Source: an uncultured Dehalococcoidales bacterium
GTDB taxonomy: Bacteria; Chloroflexota; Dehalococcoidia; Dehalococcoidales; BS750m-G39
Direction of reading: 5' to 3'
Length of the DNA: 64,000 nucleotides
Assembly: GCA_964505425.1 (NCBI GenBank)
Contig: CAZDHX010000005.1
Coordinates: 3,726 to 67,725, forward strand
Shown here: one piece after another, positions 17,689-26,839 of the stretch
How positions within the stretch are numbered: position 1 is the stretch's first letter
Layout: every line of letters starts with the position of its first letter
Notes under the pieces: model-generated
What the model was told of the DNA's origin: nothing
Databases searched by the model: none
Seen by the model: only the letters and a program-made list of their open reading frames with translations
Made by a program: the position numbers and the translations under genes

Positions 17689-17869
17689 TCAGGACAACTT
17701 TGGAGAAGGGATTTGGCTGTTGGGGGGCAAGAGTATCGATCCGCTAGAAGGTGCAACATGGGCTCACCGAGCAAAACGAGCTACTATTGCACAAAAGCCT
17801 CTTTTGTGATATCTGATAACCTAGCTGGTTGAACAAACCAAGTTTGATCCCTAGAAGCTAGAAAGGCTA

Positions 17870-17898
17870 TTGACAACCTTTCCACTTTGTGGTATTGT
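17870..17898 (+). promoter_or_regulatory. Putative promoter of the Rrf2-led sulfur supercluster
   Basis: TTGACA (17870-17875), 17-nt spacer, TATTGT (17893-17898) preceded by TGG (extended -10-like). Confidence 0.45.
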
Positions 17899-17905
17899 AT
17901 ACTAA

Positions 17906-17924
17906 GTTGATAGTATTAGTCAAC
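17906..17924. promoter_or_regulatory. Imperfect palindrome, candidate Rrf2 operator
   Basis: GTTGATAGTATTAGTCAAC (GTTGA-N9-TCAAC) sits immediately downstream of the -10 element and 17 nt before the Rrf2 gene ATG. Confidence 0.35.
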
Positions 17925-17940
17925 AAAGGAGTACACTATA

Positions 17941-18384
17941 ATGAAGCTTTCAACTAGAGGGCGTTACGGAACCAGAGCACTCCTGGACCTAGCTCTCCAT
18001 CAGGGGGAGGAACCGGTACTGTTAAAAGACATTGCCGGCAGGGAGCAGATTTCAGTACGTTATCTAGACCATCTGATCACCCCCCTTATAGCTGGAGGCA
18101 TAGTGCGGACTACCCGAGGCGCCAGAGGTGGGGTTTCGCTGGCTAAATCTCCTAAGGAGATAAAGCTGAGCGAAATCGTGCGACTTCTTGAAGGTTCCAT
18201 TGCCCCTGTGGAGTGTGTTAGCAGTCCGGGAATATGCAGTCGCTCTAAATTATGCGTCACCCGCGATATATGGAGTGAACTGAAGCAGGCAATGGATGGG
18301 ATTTTGGAGTCCACCACCCTGCAGGACTTGGTGGAACGGCACAAGAGAAAAGAGCAGCCCGAAGAGACTATCTACCACATCTAA
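17941..18384 (+). CDS. Rrf2-family transcriptional regulator (IscR/CymR-like, three-Cys cluster ligands)
   Basis: MKLSTRGRYGTRALLDLA wHTH start and the Cys triad ECVSSPGICSRSKLC. Confidence 0.9.
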   Translation: MKLSTRGRYGTRALLDLALHQGEEPVLLKDIAGREQISVRYLDHLITPLIAGGIVRTTRGARGGVSLAKSPKEIKLSEIVRLLEGSIAPVECVSSPGICSRSKLCVTRDIWSELKQAMDGILESTTLQDLVERHKRKEQPEETIYHI

Positions 18385-18434
18385 GCTTGCCGCTAATAAC
18401 TCCAACGTCATACGTAAGAGGAGAGAGTATTTCC

Positions 18435-19445
18435 ATGGTTGACAGGTATTCCAGACAGGTTCTTTTCCCAGGCATAGGTGAAGAAGGGCAGAGGAAACTG
18501 GGCAGCAGCAGTGTGGTGCTTATTGGCTGTGGAGCCCTGGGGACTGTCATTGCCACATCGTTGGTGCGTGCTGGCGTGGGCAGGATTAAGGTCATAGACA
18601 GGGATTTTATTGAGTACCACAACCTGCAGCGGCAGGTCCTCTTTGATGAAGAGGATGTAAAGGCTCAACTGCCCAAGGCGATAGCCGCCGAGCGCCATCT
18701 AAAGAAGGTCAACTCTTCAATTGAAATTGAAGGGATAGTGACCGATGTGAACCATACGAATATTGAACGGCTTGTCGCCGGTGCCGATGTAATCCTGGAC
18801 GGGCTGGACAACTTTGAGACCCGCCTCCTTATAAACGATGTTTCCCTGAAGCATAAGATTCCGTGGGTATATGGCGGAGCCATAGCGGCATCGGGGATGA
18901 CCATGAACATAATTCCGGGGCAAACGCCTTGCTTGCGGTGTTTTCATCCTGAAGTACCCCGTGAAGCGAGGATTCGCACCTGTGAAACGGCGGGGGTAAT
19001 CAATCCTGCCCCTTTTATTGTTGGCTCTCTGCAGTCTGCTGAGGCAATGAAGATATTAATCGGCGCTGAGGAAGTCAATCGGGACCTGATAATAATAGAT
19101 GTTTGGAAGGGCAAATTCAGCCGCCTGAAGGTTGGCTTTCGTGCCGATTGTCCAGCCTGTGGGGGCGAATATGAGGCTCTGGAGGGAAAGTTTGGCACGA
19201 GAACCACCTCACTTTGCGGGCAAAATGCGGTTCAGGTCATAAATCCCGACGTAAAGGAGGTCTCCTTTGAGAGGCTGGCGAAACAACTCAGGCTGATAGG
19301 CAAAGCCAGTTACAACGAGTTCATGCTACAAGCCAACGTTGACGGTCATGAAATGTTCTTTTTTCCTGACGGACGGGCAATTATTAAGAACACCACTGAT
19401 GAGTCATTAGCACGAGGGCTTTACGCCAAATACATCGGTGTTTAA
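18435..19445 (+). CDS. ThiF/MoeB/HesA-family E1-like adenylyltransferase with a ~90-aa C-terminal domain and no rhodanese domain
   Basis: RYSRQVLFPGIGEEGQRKL, VLIGCGALGT (nucleotide loop), two CxxC pairs (CLRC, CPAC) and RTCETAGV. The start is taken at ATG 18435 (AAGAGGAGAGAG SD) instead of track 18387. Confidence 0.85.
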   Translation: MVDRYSRQVLFPGIGEEGQRKLGSSSVVLIGCGALGTVIATSLVRAGVGRIKVIDRDFIEYHNLQRQVLFDEEDVKAQLPKAIAAERHLKKVNSSIEIEGIVTDVNHTNIERLVAGADVILDGLDNFETRLLINDVSLKHKIPWVYGGAIAASGMTMNIIPGQTPCLRCFHPEVPREARIRTCETAGVINPAPFIVGSLQSAEAMKILIGAEEVNRDLIIIDVWKGKFSRLKVGFRADCPACGGEYEALEGKFGTRTTSLCGQNAVQVINPDVKEVSFERLAKQLRLIGKASYNEFMLQANVDGHEMFFFPDGRAIIKNTTDESLARGLYAKYIGV

Positions 19446-19454
19446 GGTGGTTTT

Positions 19455-20624
19455 ATGATTTACTTAGATAATGCAGCCACATCGTGGCCCAAGCCAGAAA
19501 GCGTCTACCAGACCATGGATGAGTTCCTGAGAACGAAGGCGGGCAATCCCGGTCGTGGTAGCCATAGCATGGCAACGGCTGCCAGCGGAACAGTTGAAGA
19601 GACAAGGCTGCTCCTGGCACGGCTGATTAACGCCCCGGACAAAGAGCGGGTTATATTTACCTTCAACTGCACCGATTCGCTGAACATAGGACTCAAGGGA
19701 CTGCTCAAGCCCGGTGACCACGTCATCACCAGCAGCATTGAGCATAATTCTGTGGTTCGTCCCTTGAGGAAACTTGAACAGCAGGGGGTCAAACTAACAT
19801 GGCTTTCCCCTCATGCGGGGGATGGATTTGTCTCTCCCCAAGATGTGGAAAAGGCGATAATCAGGAAAACAAGGCTGGTGGTGATGACCCATGCTTCCAA
19901 CGTGAGCGGGGTCATGCAGCCAATTGATGAATATGGGGCAATCGCCAGGCGGCATAACCTGGTTTTCATGGTAGACGCTGCCCAGACCGCCGGCAAGTAC
20001 CCTCTTGATGTCCAGGCAAATCATATTGACCTGCTTGCCTTTTCCGGGCATAAAGGCTTGTTCGGTCCGCCGGGTACGGGGGTGCTCTATATTGGAGAGC
20101 GTGTTAACCTTGATTCGCTGCGCGAGGGCGGCACCGGCTCACACTCGGAACGGGAAGAACAGCCACTTGACCTGCCCTATAGATATGAGGCCGGGACACT
20201 AAATAGCGTCGGCATCGCTGGGCTGGGTGCCGGGCTGAAGTTTATTTTTAAAGAAGGAATGGGAAAAATCTTAGCACATGAGAAATCCCTGACCGATAGG
20301 CTAACCGAAGGTTTATCACCTATCCCGGGAGTAACTCTTTATACGGCTAAGGATAGCTCCAAGCAAGCACCTGTCATCTCCCTTAACATCAACGGCTATG
20401 AGCCAGGGGAGGTGGGAACCATCCTTGACCAGGCGTTTGACATCAAGGTAAGGACGGGGCTTCACTGCGCCCCGGCAGCCCATAAGACGCTGGGTAGCTA
20501 TCCCTTGGGCACTGTCCGCCTAAGTCCGGGATATTTTAATACTGCCGAGGAGATTGAGGTAACGCTTCAGGCACTAGACAGGATCGCGAGGACGGCGGCT
20601 ACTAAAGCCGCTGTCCTTCACTAA
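19455..20624 (+). CDS. Class V aminotransferase, cysteine desulfurase / selenocysteine lyase family (short-N-terminus subgroup)
   Basis: IYLDNAATSWPKP N-terminus, SGHKGLFGPPGTG (PLP-Lys region) and RTGLHCAP. From memory it resembles the EF2568-type subfamily; an HMM search is needed to confirm. Confidence 0.85.
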   Translation: MIYLDNAATSWPKPESVYQTMDEFLRTKAGNPGRGSHSMATAASGTVEETRLLLARLINAPDKERVIFTFNCTDSLNIGLKGLLKPGDHVITSSIEHNSVVRPLRKLEQQGVKLTWLSPHAGDGFVSPQDVEKAIIRKTRLVVMTHASNVSGVMQPIDEYGAIARRHNLVFMVDAAQTAGKYPLDVQANHIDLLAFSGHKGLFGPPGTGVLYIGERVNLDSLREGGTGSHSEREEQPLDLPYRYEAGTLNSVGIAGLGAGLKFIFKEGMGKILAHEKSLTDRLTEGLSPIPGVTLYTAKDSSKQAPVISLNINGYEPGEVGTILDQAFDIKVRTGLHCAPAAHKTLGSYPLGTVRLSPGYFNTAEEIEVTLQALDRIARTAATKAAVLH

Positions 20625-20636
20625 AGGAGAATCGGA

Positions 20637-21098
20637 ATGGCGAAGACAAATATGCTCTGCCCGTTTAGTAATAGGTTATGCAGTGAGTGCCCCCTCTACA
20701 GAGGCAGGCATTACTACCTCAGTTTGTGCCAGCAATACCGGGGTCACATTGGCAAGTCACAGGAGAAAACTAAAGCTGGTGCTGACCACAATTCGGTTGA
20801 CTTCCAGGCTATGTGGAAGATGGTGCAGCCGTGGGCTGGAGCTGCCCCCCAGCCGGAGGCTGAGACCAAGATTAAGCTGAGGCTCATAGATGTGGAAGAT
20901 GAAACAAGCAGATTTTTTGACCTTGAGGAAGCCAAGGCTTGGGACTGGAGCGACCCAACGATTATGAGAGTAATCGGTGACCTGCAAGTCACCAGCTGGG
21001 ATAATCTGGTTGAGATCGTACGCTTCAAAGCCAAGAAAGGCCATCGGCAGCTAGATGTTTACGAAGCCCCCCGTTTCATGCTGCTGGGAGGAGGATAA
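20637..21098 (+). CDS. Cys-rich protein with a C-terminal domain ending LLGGG-stop; candidate atypical ThiS/MoaD/CysO-like sulfur carrier
   Basis: 153-aa track ORF in tight operon context. The N-terminus is [12 protein letters not shown]...C (4 Cys). The C-terminal ~75 aa ([11 protein letters not shown]...[16 protein letters not shown]) ends in a free Gly-Gly-Gly. The function is inference only. Confidence 0.55.
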   Translation: MAKTNMLCPFSNRLCSECPLYRGRHYYLSLCQQYRGHIGKSQEKTKAGADHNSVDFQAMWKMVQPWAGAAPQPEAETKIKLRLIDVEDETSRFFDLEEAKAWDWSDPTIMRVIGDLQVTSWDNLVEIVRFKAKKGHRQLDVYEAPRFMLLGGG

Positions 21099-21105
21099 AT
21101 TCAAG

Positions 21106-22104
21106 ATGGTCAAGAGCCAAAAAGTAGACACCCTTCAATACAAGACGATAGAGATACCCAAGTTAACCAGGGGCATAGCCAGGGACTCTGCTGAGCTCAT
21201 CGGGAATACACCTTTGGTCAGACTGAACCGAATAACCAGGGGCGCAAGGGCAGAGGTGGTCGCCAAGCTTGAGTCCTTTAATCCCGTAGGCAGTGTGAAG
21301 GACAGGATTGGGGTCGCCATGATTGTGGAGGCTGAAGAAAGGGGACTTATTAAAAAAGATACGGTTATCGTCGAGCCCACCAGTGGCAACACCGGTATTG
21401 CCCTTGCCTTCGTCTGCGCCGCCCGGGGGTATCAGCTTATTCTCACCATGCCCGATACCATGTCCCTGGAGCGCCGGCAACTCCTCTCCATCTTGGGCGC
21501 TGAGCTGGTACTTACCCCCGGGGCAGAGGGGATGTCAGGGGCAGTAAGAAAGGCGGAACAGCTAGTTGCGGAAAACCCTGGATACTTTATGCCCCAACAG
21601 TTCAAGAACCCGTCAAATCCAGAGATACACCGGCTGACCACCGCCGAGGAGATATGGAGGGATACTGACGGCAGGGTGGATATTCTGGTTGCTGGCATAG
21701 GCACTGGTGGAACGATTACCGGAGTTGCTGAGGTAATAAAGTCTCGGAAGCCCGAATTTAAGGCTATCGCTGTTGAGCCGGTTGATTCTCCGGTGCTTTC
21801 CGGGGGGAAACCGGGCTCGCACAAGATTCAGGGCATCGGGGCGGGTTTTATTCCCGATGTCCTGATAACTGACCTGATTGACGAAATTATCAAGGTCACT
21901 AATGAGGATGCCGGCATAATGGCAAGAAGATTAGCCAAGGAAGAAGGAATCCTGGCGGGCATATCCTCGGGGGCAGCCACCTGGGCAGCCCTGGAGGTGG
22001 CTAAAAGACAGAAAAATAAAGGCAAGCTTATCGTGGTAGTCCTGCCTGACACCGGCGAGCGCTATCTTTCTACCTGGCTATTTCAGGAACAAAAACAGGA
22101 TTAA
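21106..22104 (+). CDS. cysK: Cysteine synthase (O-acetylserine sulfhydrylase, CysK/CysM family)
   Basis: [17 protein letters not shown] (PLP-Lys), TSGNTG and GIGAGFIP motifs. The start is taken at ATG 21106, using the GGAGGAGG that also encodes the upstream GGG tail. Confidence 0.9.
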   Translation: MVKSQKVDTLQYKTIEIPKLTRGIARDSAELIGNTPLVRLNRITRGARAEVVAKLESFNPVGSVKDRIGVAMIVEAEERGLIKKDTVIVEPTSGNTGIALAFVCAARGYQLILTMPDTMSLERRQLLSILGAELVLTPGAEGMSGAVRKAEQLVAENPGYFMPQQFKNPSNPEIHRLTTAEEIWRDTDGRVDILVAGIGTGGTITGVAEVIKSRKPEFKAIAVEPVDSPVLSGGKPGSHKIQGIGAGFIPDVLITDLIDEIIKVTNEDAGIMARRLAKEEGILAGISSGAATWAALEVAKRQKNKGKLIVVVLPDTGERYLSTWLFQEQKQD

Positions 22105-22125
22105 ATAAAAGGGAGAGGTACTATC

Positions 22126-22839
22126 TTGTTTAAGACCTTAAAAGAGGACATTCAAGCAATATTTGCCAAGGATCCGGCGGCGAGGAACTCGCTGGAGGTC
22201 ATCTTCTGCTATCCTGGATTGCACGCCCTCTGGCTTCACCGCCTGGCTCACTATCTCTGGCGGCACAAGCTCCGCTTTCTGGCTCGCTTCCTCTCCCATG
22301 TCAGCCGCTTTCTAACCGCCATTGAAATCCACCCCGGAGCCAAAATTGGCAAGCGCTTCTTTATTGACCACGGCGCTGGGGTGGTCATTGGGGAGACGGC
22401 AGAGGTAGGCGATGACGTACTGCTCTATCAAGGGGTGGTTCTGGGTGGAACCAGCCTAAAGAAAGAAAAGCGTCACCCCACGGTGGGTAATAGTGTGGTA
22501 ATTGGAACCGGGGCGGTAGCCCTGGGTGCCATCACCATAGGTGAGGGAGCCAGAATTGGCTCCGGCTCGGTGGTGGTAAAGTCAGTGCCGCCAGGGGCTA
22601 CGGTGGTGGGAATACCGGGGAGGATAGTGGAGGATAAGAAGCCCCTCATGGACTTAGAGCACGGCAAATTACCCGACCCGGTGGCAGAGGCGATAAGGCT
22701 GGTCTTAAAGGAGCAGGATAGGTTAGAGGAGCGATTGAGGAAGCTTGAGAGCTTGGGCGGGGTAGCGGTCTCTAAGGATGAGTTGGCGGAGATGAAGAAG
22801 GAAATCGAGCGCGAATTCAGCCAGGGCGAGGGAATATAA
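22126..22839 (+). CDS. cysE: Serine O-acetyltransferase
   Basis: [28 protein letters not shown] and [13 protein letters not shown] hexapeptide repeats, with a C-terminal coiled-coil extension. Confidence 0.9.
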   Translation: MFKTLKEDIQAIFAKDPAARNSLEVIFCYPGLHALWLHRLAHYLWRHKLRFLARFLSHVSRFLTAIEIHPGAKIGKRFFIDHGAGVVIGETAEVGDDVLLYQGVVLGGTSLKKEKRHPTVGNSVVIGTGAVALGAITIGEGARIGSGSVVVKSVPPGATVVGIPGRIVEDKKPLMDLEHGKLPDPVAEAIRLVLKEQDRLEERLRKLESLGGVAVSKDELAEMKKEIEREFSQGEGI

Positions 22840-23664
22840 ATGCCGAGGAAGCTATCTGAGCTTACAGTGTTAATCAGGGGTGGCGGAGAGGTAGCCAGCG
22901 CCATAGCTCACCGGTTACACCGCAGCCATTTCCGGGTTTGCCTCACGGAGATAGCCAACCCCCTGGCCGTCAGCCGCAGCACTAGCTTCTCGGAGGCGGT
23001 TTTTGGCGGGGTAAAGACCATTGAAGGAGTGACAGCCGAGCTTGCTCTCGCCTCGCCAGAGGAAATCTACCGGCTCTGGGGGCAAGGAAAGATACCCGTA
23101 GTAATAGACCCTCAGGCATCAGCGAAGGAGGGGTTACAGCCCGATGTGCTGGTTGATGCCATCATGGCCAAACGAAATACCGGCACCAGGATTACTGATG
23201 CCCCACTGGTAATTGGCATGGGGCCCGGCTTTCACGCTGGCAGGGATGTGCATATCGTAGTAGAGACCAACCACAGCAATAACCTGGGCAAGGTGATACT
23301 TAAAGGAGAGGCTGAGAAGAATACGGGAACCCCGGTAGCCATAGGCAGACTTACTAGGGAGAGGGTGGTCTGGGCACCCAAGGCAGGCGTCTTTACCACA
23401 GATAGGGAGATTGGCGACTCGGTAACTGCTAAGGGGGTTGTGGGGCAGGTTGGGAACCTAAGGCTGCAGGCGCCGATAGGCGGCATACTGCGCGGGCTAC
23501 TAAGGAGCGGGGTAAAGGTATCCAAGGGTACCAAGCTTATTGAGGTTGACCCGGTAAATGATAAGGCTGTCTGCTATGCCATCAGGGACAAGATGAGAGT
23601 TATAGCTTGGGGAGCTCTTGAAGCCATAATACTGAAATTCAAAGTAGGGGAAAAGGAATGTTAG
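22840..23664 (+). CDS. YqeB/EF2563-like protein (family linked to selenium-dependent molybdenum hydroxylase maturation)
   Basis: VLIRGGGEVASAIAHRLHRSHFRV Rossmann-like start followed by PLAVSRSTSFSEAVFGG. The match to the EF2563/YqeB C-domain family is from memory and needs HMM confirmation. Confidence 0.55.
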   Translation: MPRKLSELTVLIRGGGEVASAIAHRLHRSHFRVCLTEIANPLAVSRSTSFSEAVFGGVKTIEGVTAELALASPEEIYRLWGQGKIPVVIDPQASAKEGLQPDVLVDAIMAKRNTGTRITDAPLVIGMGPGFHAGRDVHIVVETNHSNNLGKVILKGEAEKNTGTPVAIGRLTRERVVWAPKAGVFTTDREIGDSVTAKGVVGQVGNLRLQAPIGGILRGLLRSGVKVSKGTKLIEVDPVNDKAVCYAIRDKMRVIAWGALEAIILKFKVGEKEC

Positions 23665-24446
23665 AGATTTATCAGGAGTTAGCCAATATAACTTCAAAAG
23701 GGGAGCAGGCAGTATTAGCCACGGTCATCTCCAGTCGCGGCTCTGCGCCGAGGAAAGCGGGGGCAAAGATGCTCATTAGGAGAGACGGCAGTTTTATCGG
23801 CACCGTAGGCGGCGGGGGCGTTGAACAGCAGGTGAGGGGAAAAGCTAGTGAGGTAATGGATTCAGGTGAGCCGCAAATAGTGCACCTTGACCTTTCTGGC
23901 TCTGGGGAAAATGCAGCCATGATTTGCGGCGGGCAGATGGACGTCTTCCTGGAGCCAATCCTGCCCCCGGAAACACTTTATCTCTTTGGCGCGGGGCATA
24001 TCTCCCAGAGCACAGCCGCCATGGGCAAGATGTTGGGGTTCCGGGTGGTAGTTATAGACCCGCGCCCCGAATATAACAACATTGACCGATTCCCTGATGC
24101 CGATTCACTGGTAGTTGAAGAATATGATAACGCCTTTTCTAAATTGGAAGTGGACGGAAACGGTTACATCGTCATCTATACCACAGGGCATATCCTTGAC
24201 GAACAATGCCTGCGGTTTGCTGTTGACACCAAAGCAAAGTATATCGGGATGATTGGCAGCAAAAAGAAGGTTATGGAAGTTAAGGAGCGCTTAGTGCAAA
24301 AGGGGGTGTCCCAACAGCAGTTGGACAGGGTCAATGCCCCAATAGGAATAAAAATCGGTGCTGAGACCCCGGAAGAGATTGCTATAAGCATCCTTGCCGA
24401 GATAATCAAGGCTAAGAGAATTGGAGGGAAGAGCTATGCAGTTTGA
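23658..24446 (+). CDS. XdhC/CoxI-family molybdenum cofactor insertion/sulfuration accessory protein
   Basis: ATVISSRGSAPRKAGAKMLI...GTVGGG (XdhC N-domain) and LYLFGAGHIS...VVVIDPRPE (Rossmann C-domain). Overlaps the previous gene by 7 nt. Confidence 0.8.
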   Translation: MLEIYQELANITSKGEQAVLATVISSRGSAPRKAGAKMLIRRDGSFIGTVGGGGVEQQVRGKASEVMDSGEPQIVHLDLSGSGENAAMICGGQMDVFLEPILPPETLYLFGAGHISQSTAAMGKMLGFRVVVIDPRPEYNNIDRFPDADSLVVEEYDNAFSKLEVDGNGYIVIYTTGHILDEQCLRFAVDTKAKYIGMIGSKKKVMEVKERLVQKGVSQQQLDRVNAPIGIKIGAETPEEIAISILAEIIKAKRIGGKSYAV

Positions 24447-25578
24447 GACCATAGCTATTCACGCCGGAGAGAGACCGGATAGAGCCTTTGGCGCTATATC
24501 AGTACCTATCTATCAGACGTCAACTTTTGTCTTTGAGGATGTGGGTAAGACGAAGGGCTATGATTACTCACGTACGGCAAACCCAACACGGAAGGTTCTG
24601 GAGGATACAATTGCCCAGCTTGAAGGCGGGAAGGCGGGGTTTGCCTTTGCCACCGGGATAGCTGCTGAGACCACGGTTATGCACCTGCTTAAGGCTGGAG
24701 ACCACGTAATATCAGGAGATGATGTTTACGGGGGAACCTACCGGCTATTTCAGAATGTAATGTGTGACTTTGGGCTGGAGTTTACCTTTTTAAGAATGGG
24801 TAGCAGAGAGACGATTGAGCAGGCGATAAAGCCCAATACCAGAATGTTATGGCTGGAGACACCGTCCAATCCATTGCTAAACATCGTTGATATTGAGATG
24901 GCGGTTGATGTGGCTAAGAAGCATAAATTGCTGACAGTAATAGATAATACCTTCGCCACCCCTTATTTCTTAAGACCAATTGAGTATGGAGTCGACCTTG
25001 TTGTCCATTCCACAACTAAGTACCTAAATGGGCACTGTGATGTGGTTGGTGGAGCTGTAGTAACCACTACTGACGAGCTAACTGAGAGGATTCAGTTTCT
25101 GCTCAATGCTATGGGGACTTGTGCCTCCCCATTTGATTGCTGGCTGGTGCTTCGGGGAATTGAGACCCTCCCGGTGCGGATGAGGCAGCATGAAGAAAAT
25201 GCCATTGCAGTGGCGAACTATCTTAGCCAAGATCCTGCGGTAAAAAAGGTATTCTATCCTGGGCTTAAGTCTCACCCCGGCCATGAAATCGCTAGGAGGC
25301 AGATGAAGGGATTTGGCGGAATGGTCTCACTTGAACTAAACGGCGGGATTGAAGCGGTTAACGGCTTTCTAAAAAGGATTAAGGTCTTTCCCCTAGCAGA
25401 GTCGCTGGGGGGAGTTGCTTCACTTGTTGAACACCCAGCAACAATGAGCCATGCCTCAATGCCCGAGAACTACAGAAAAAAGGTGGGAATTACTGACCAA
25501 TTAATCCGGTTATCAGTCGGTTTAGAGAATATTGACGATTTGATTGAAGATTTACGTCAGGCGCTTGAGCCTGGCTGA
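24436..25578 (+). CDS. Cys/Met-metabolism PLP enzyme (cystathionine gamma-synthase / gamma-lyase / O-acylhomoserine sulfhydrylase family)
   Basis: FETIAIHAG, YSRTANPT and HSTTKYLNGHCDVVGG (PLP-Lys). The start is taken at ATG 24436 (GGAGGGA SD). Confidence 0.85.
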   Translation: MQFETIAIHAGERPDRAFGAISVPIYQTSTFVFEDVGKTKGYDYSRTANPTRKVLEDTIAQLEGGKAGFAFATGIAAETTVMHLLKAGDHVISGDDVYGGTYRLFQNVMCDFGLEFTFLRMGSRETIEQAIKPNTRMLWLETPSNPLLNIVDIEMAVDVAKKHKLLTVIDNTFATPYFLRPIEYGVDLVVHSTTKYLNGHCDVVGGAVVTTTDELTERIQFLLNAMGTCASPFDCWLVLRGIETLPVRMRQHEENAIAVANYLSQDPAVKKVFYPGLKSHPGHEIARRQMKGFGGMVSLELNGGIEAVNGFLKRIKVFPLAESLGGVASLVEHPATMSHASMPENYRKKVGITDQLIRLSVGLENIDDLIEDLRQALEPG

Positions 25579-25589
25579 AGGAGTGGGAC

Positions 25590-26813
25590 GTGTCTTATGC
25601 CAGAGCGTTACGATGCCGAAAATGCGGGCAGGAATATCCCCTGCAACCCATTAACCTGTGCGATTTCTGTCTCAGCCCGCTTGAGGTCAGCTATGACTAT
25701 AAAGGCATGGCTAAGGTGGTAAGCCGTGAGAAAATTAGCGGTGGTCCTCTAAGCATGTGGCGTTATCGTGATATGCTGCCGGTGGAGGGTAAGGAGATAG
25801 ACATTGGCACCGGCTTTACCCCCCTCATCAGAGCCGACAACCTGGGGCGTGAACTGGGGCTGGACCATCTCTATATCAAAAACGACTGCCTTAATCCAAC
25901 TTACTCCTTCAAGGACAGGGTAGTCTCGGTAGCCATTACCAAGGCACGGGAATTCGGCTTTACTGCCGTAGCCTGTGCCTCAACCGGTAACCTGGCGGCT
26001 AGCGTCGCCGCCCACGCCGCCAAGGCGAATGTGAAAGCCTATGTTTTCGTTCCTGCTGATGTAGAGTCCGGCAAGCTGATAGGGGCGGCAATCTACAAGT
26101 CGGTTCTGATGACTGTTGAGGGGGACTATGATGATGTCAACCGCCTCTGTGCTGAGGTGGCACGAAGATACAAATGGGGATTTATTAACATCAACCTCAG
26201 ACCGTACTACGCCGAGGGGAGCAAGACCCTGGGCTACGAGGTAGCTGAGCAGCTGGGATGGCGTGCCCCTGATTGTGTGGTGGCTCCGGCGGCTTCAGGG
26301 CTTCTCTTCACCCGAATATGGAAGGGGCTGGATGAGCTAGCCATGCTGGGCTTAATTGAGCCGGTTAACACCCATATGTATGTTGCCCAGGCTGCCGGCA
26401 GCTCGCCCATTGTCAATGCCTTTCAGGCGGGCACTCTCCACGTGCACCCGGTGGAGCCAGAGACCATTGCCAAATCCATAGCCATTGGTAACCCGGCTGA
26501 TGGCTATTACGCCTTGATGGTTGCCCGACAGTCGGGTGGTAGCGCCTGCGCTGTAAGTGACGAAGAAGCCATTGCCGGGGTGAAGTTGCTGGCTCAGACC
26601 GAGGGCATCTTTGCCGAAGCCGCCGGCGGGGTGGTGATTGGCGCATTAAGAAAGGTGGTAGCTTCGGGGTTGATTAAGAGGAATGAGCTTACGGTGGCTT
26701 TCATTACCGGAGCCGGACCAAGGACGCAGGAGGTAGTGGCGGACATTGTGCAACCACTTACTGTCCGTCCCACCCTGGAGTCAGTGGAGGAGGTGCTCAA
26801 AGTCCCTGTCTGA
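25590..26813 (+). CDS. Threonine synthase-family PLP enzyme with N-terminal zinc ribbon
   Basis: CRKCGQEY...CDFC ribbon, NPTYSFKDR (PLP-Lys) and ASTGNLA. Sequence alone cannot separate a bona fide ThrC from a sulfur-incorporating paralogue. Confidence 0.8.
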   Translation: MSYARALRCRKCGQEYPLQPINLCDFCLSPLEVSYDYKGMAKVVSREKISGGPLSMWRYRDMLPVEGKEIDIGTGFTPLIRADNLGRELGLDHLYIKNDCLNPTYSFKDRVVSVAITKAREFGFTAVACASTGNLAASVAAHAAKANVKAYVFVPADVESGKLIGAAIYKSVLMTVEGDYDDVNRLCAEVARRYKWGFININLRPYYAEGSKTLGYEVAEQLGWRAPDCVVAPAASGLLFTRIWKGLDELAMLGLIEPVNTHMYVAQAAGSSPIVNAFQAGTLHVHPVEPETIAKSIAIGNPADGYYALMVARQSGGSACAVSDEEAIAGVKLLAQTEGIFAEAAGGVVIGALRKVVASGLIKRNELTVAFITGAGPRTQEVVADIVQPLTVRPTLESVEEVLKVPV

Positions 26814-26839
26814 AATGTAATAACCCAGAGGAGGCTGAA

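Larger units (their letters stand above)
14981..17700. mobile_element. Small integrative element at the 3' end of dnaN (serine recombinase, Zn-ribbon protein, AbrB-like protein, HTH-like protein)
   Basis: AT-richer block that begins exactly where the recombinase ORF overlaps the dnaN stop. It holds only small non-housekeeping genes. The right boundary is not defined (somewhere in 17690-17860). Confidence 0.45.
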
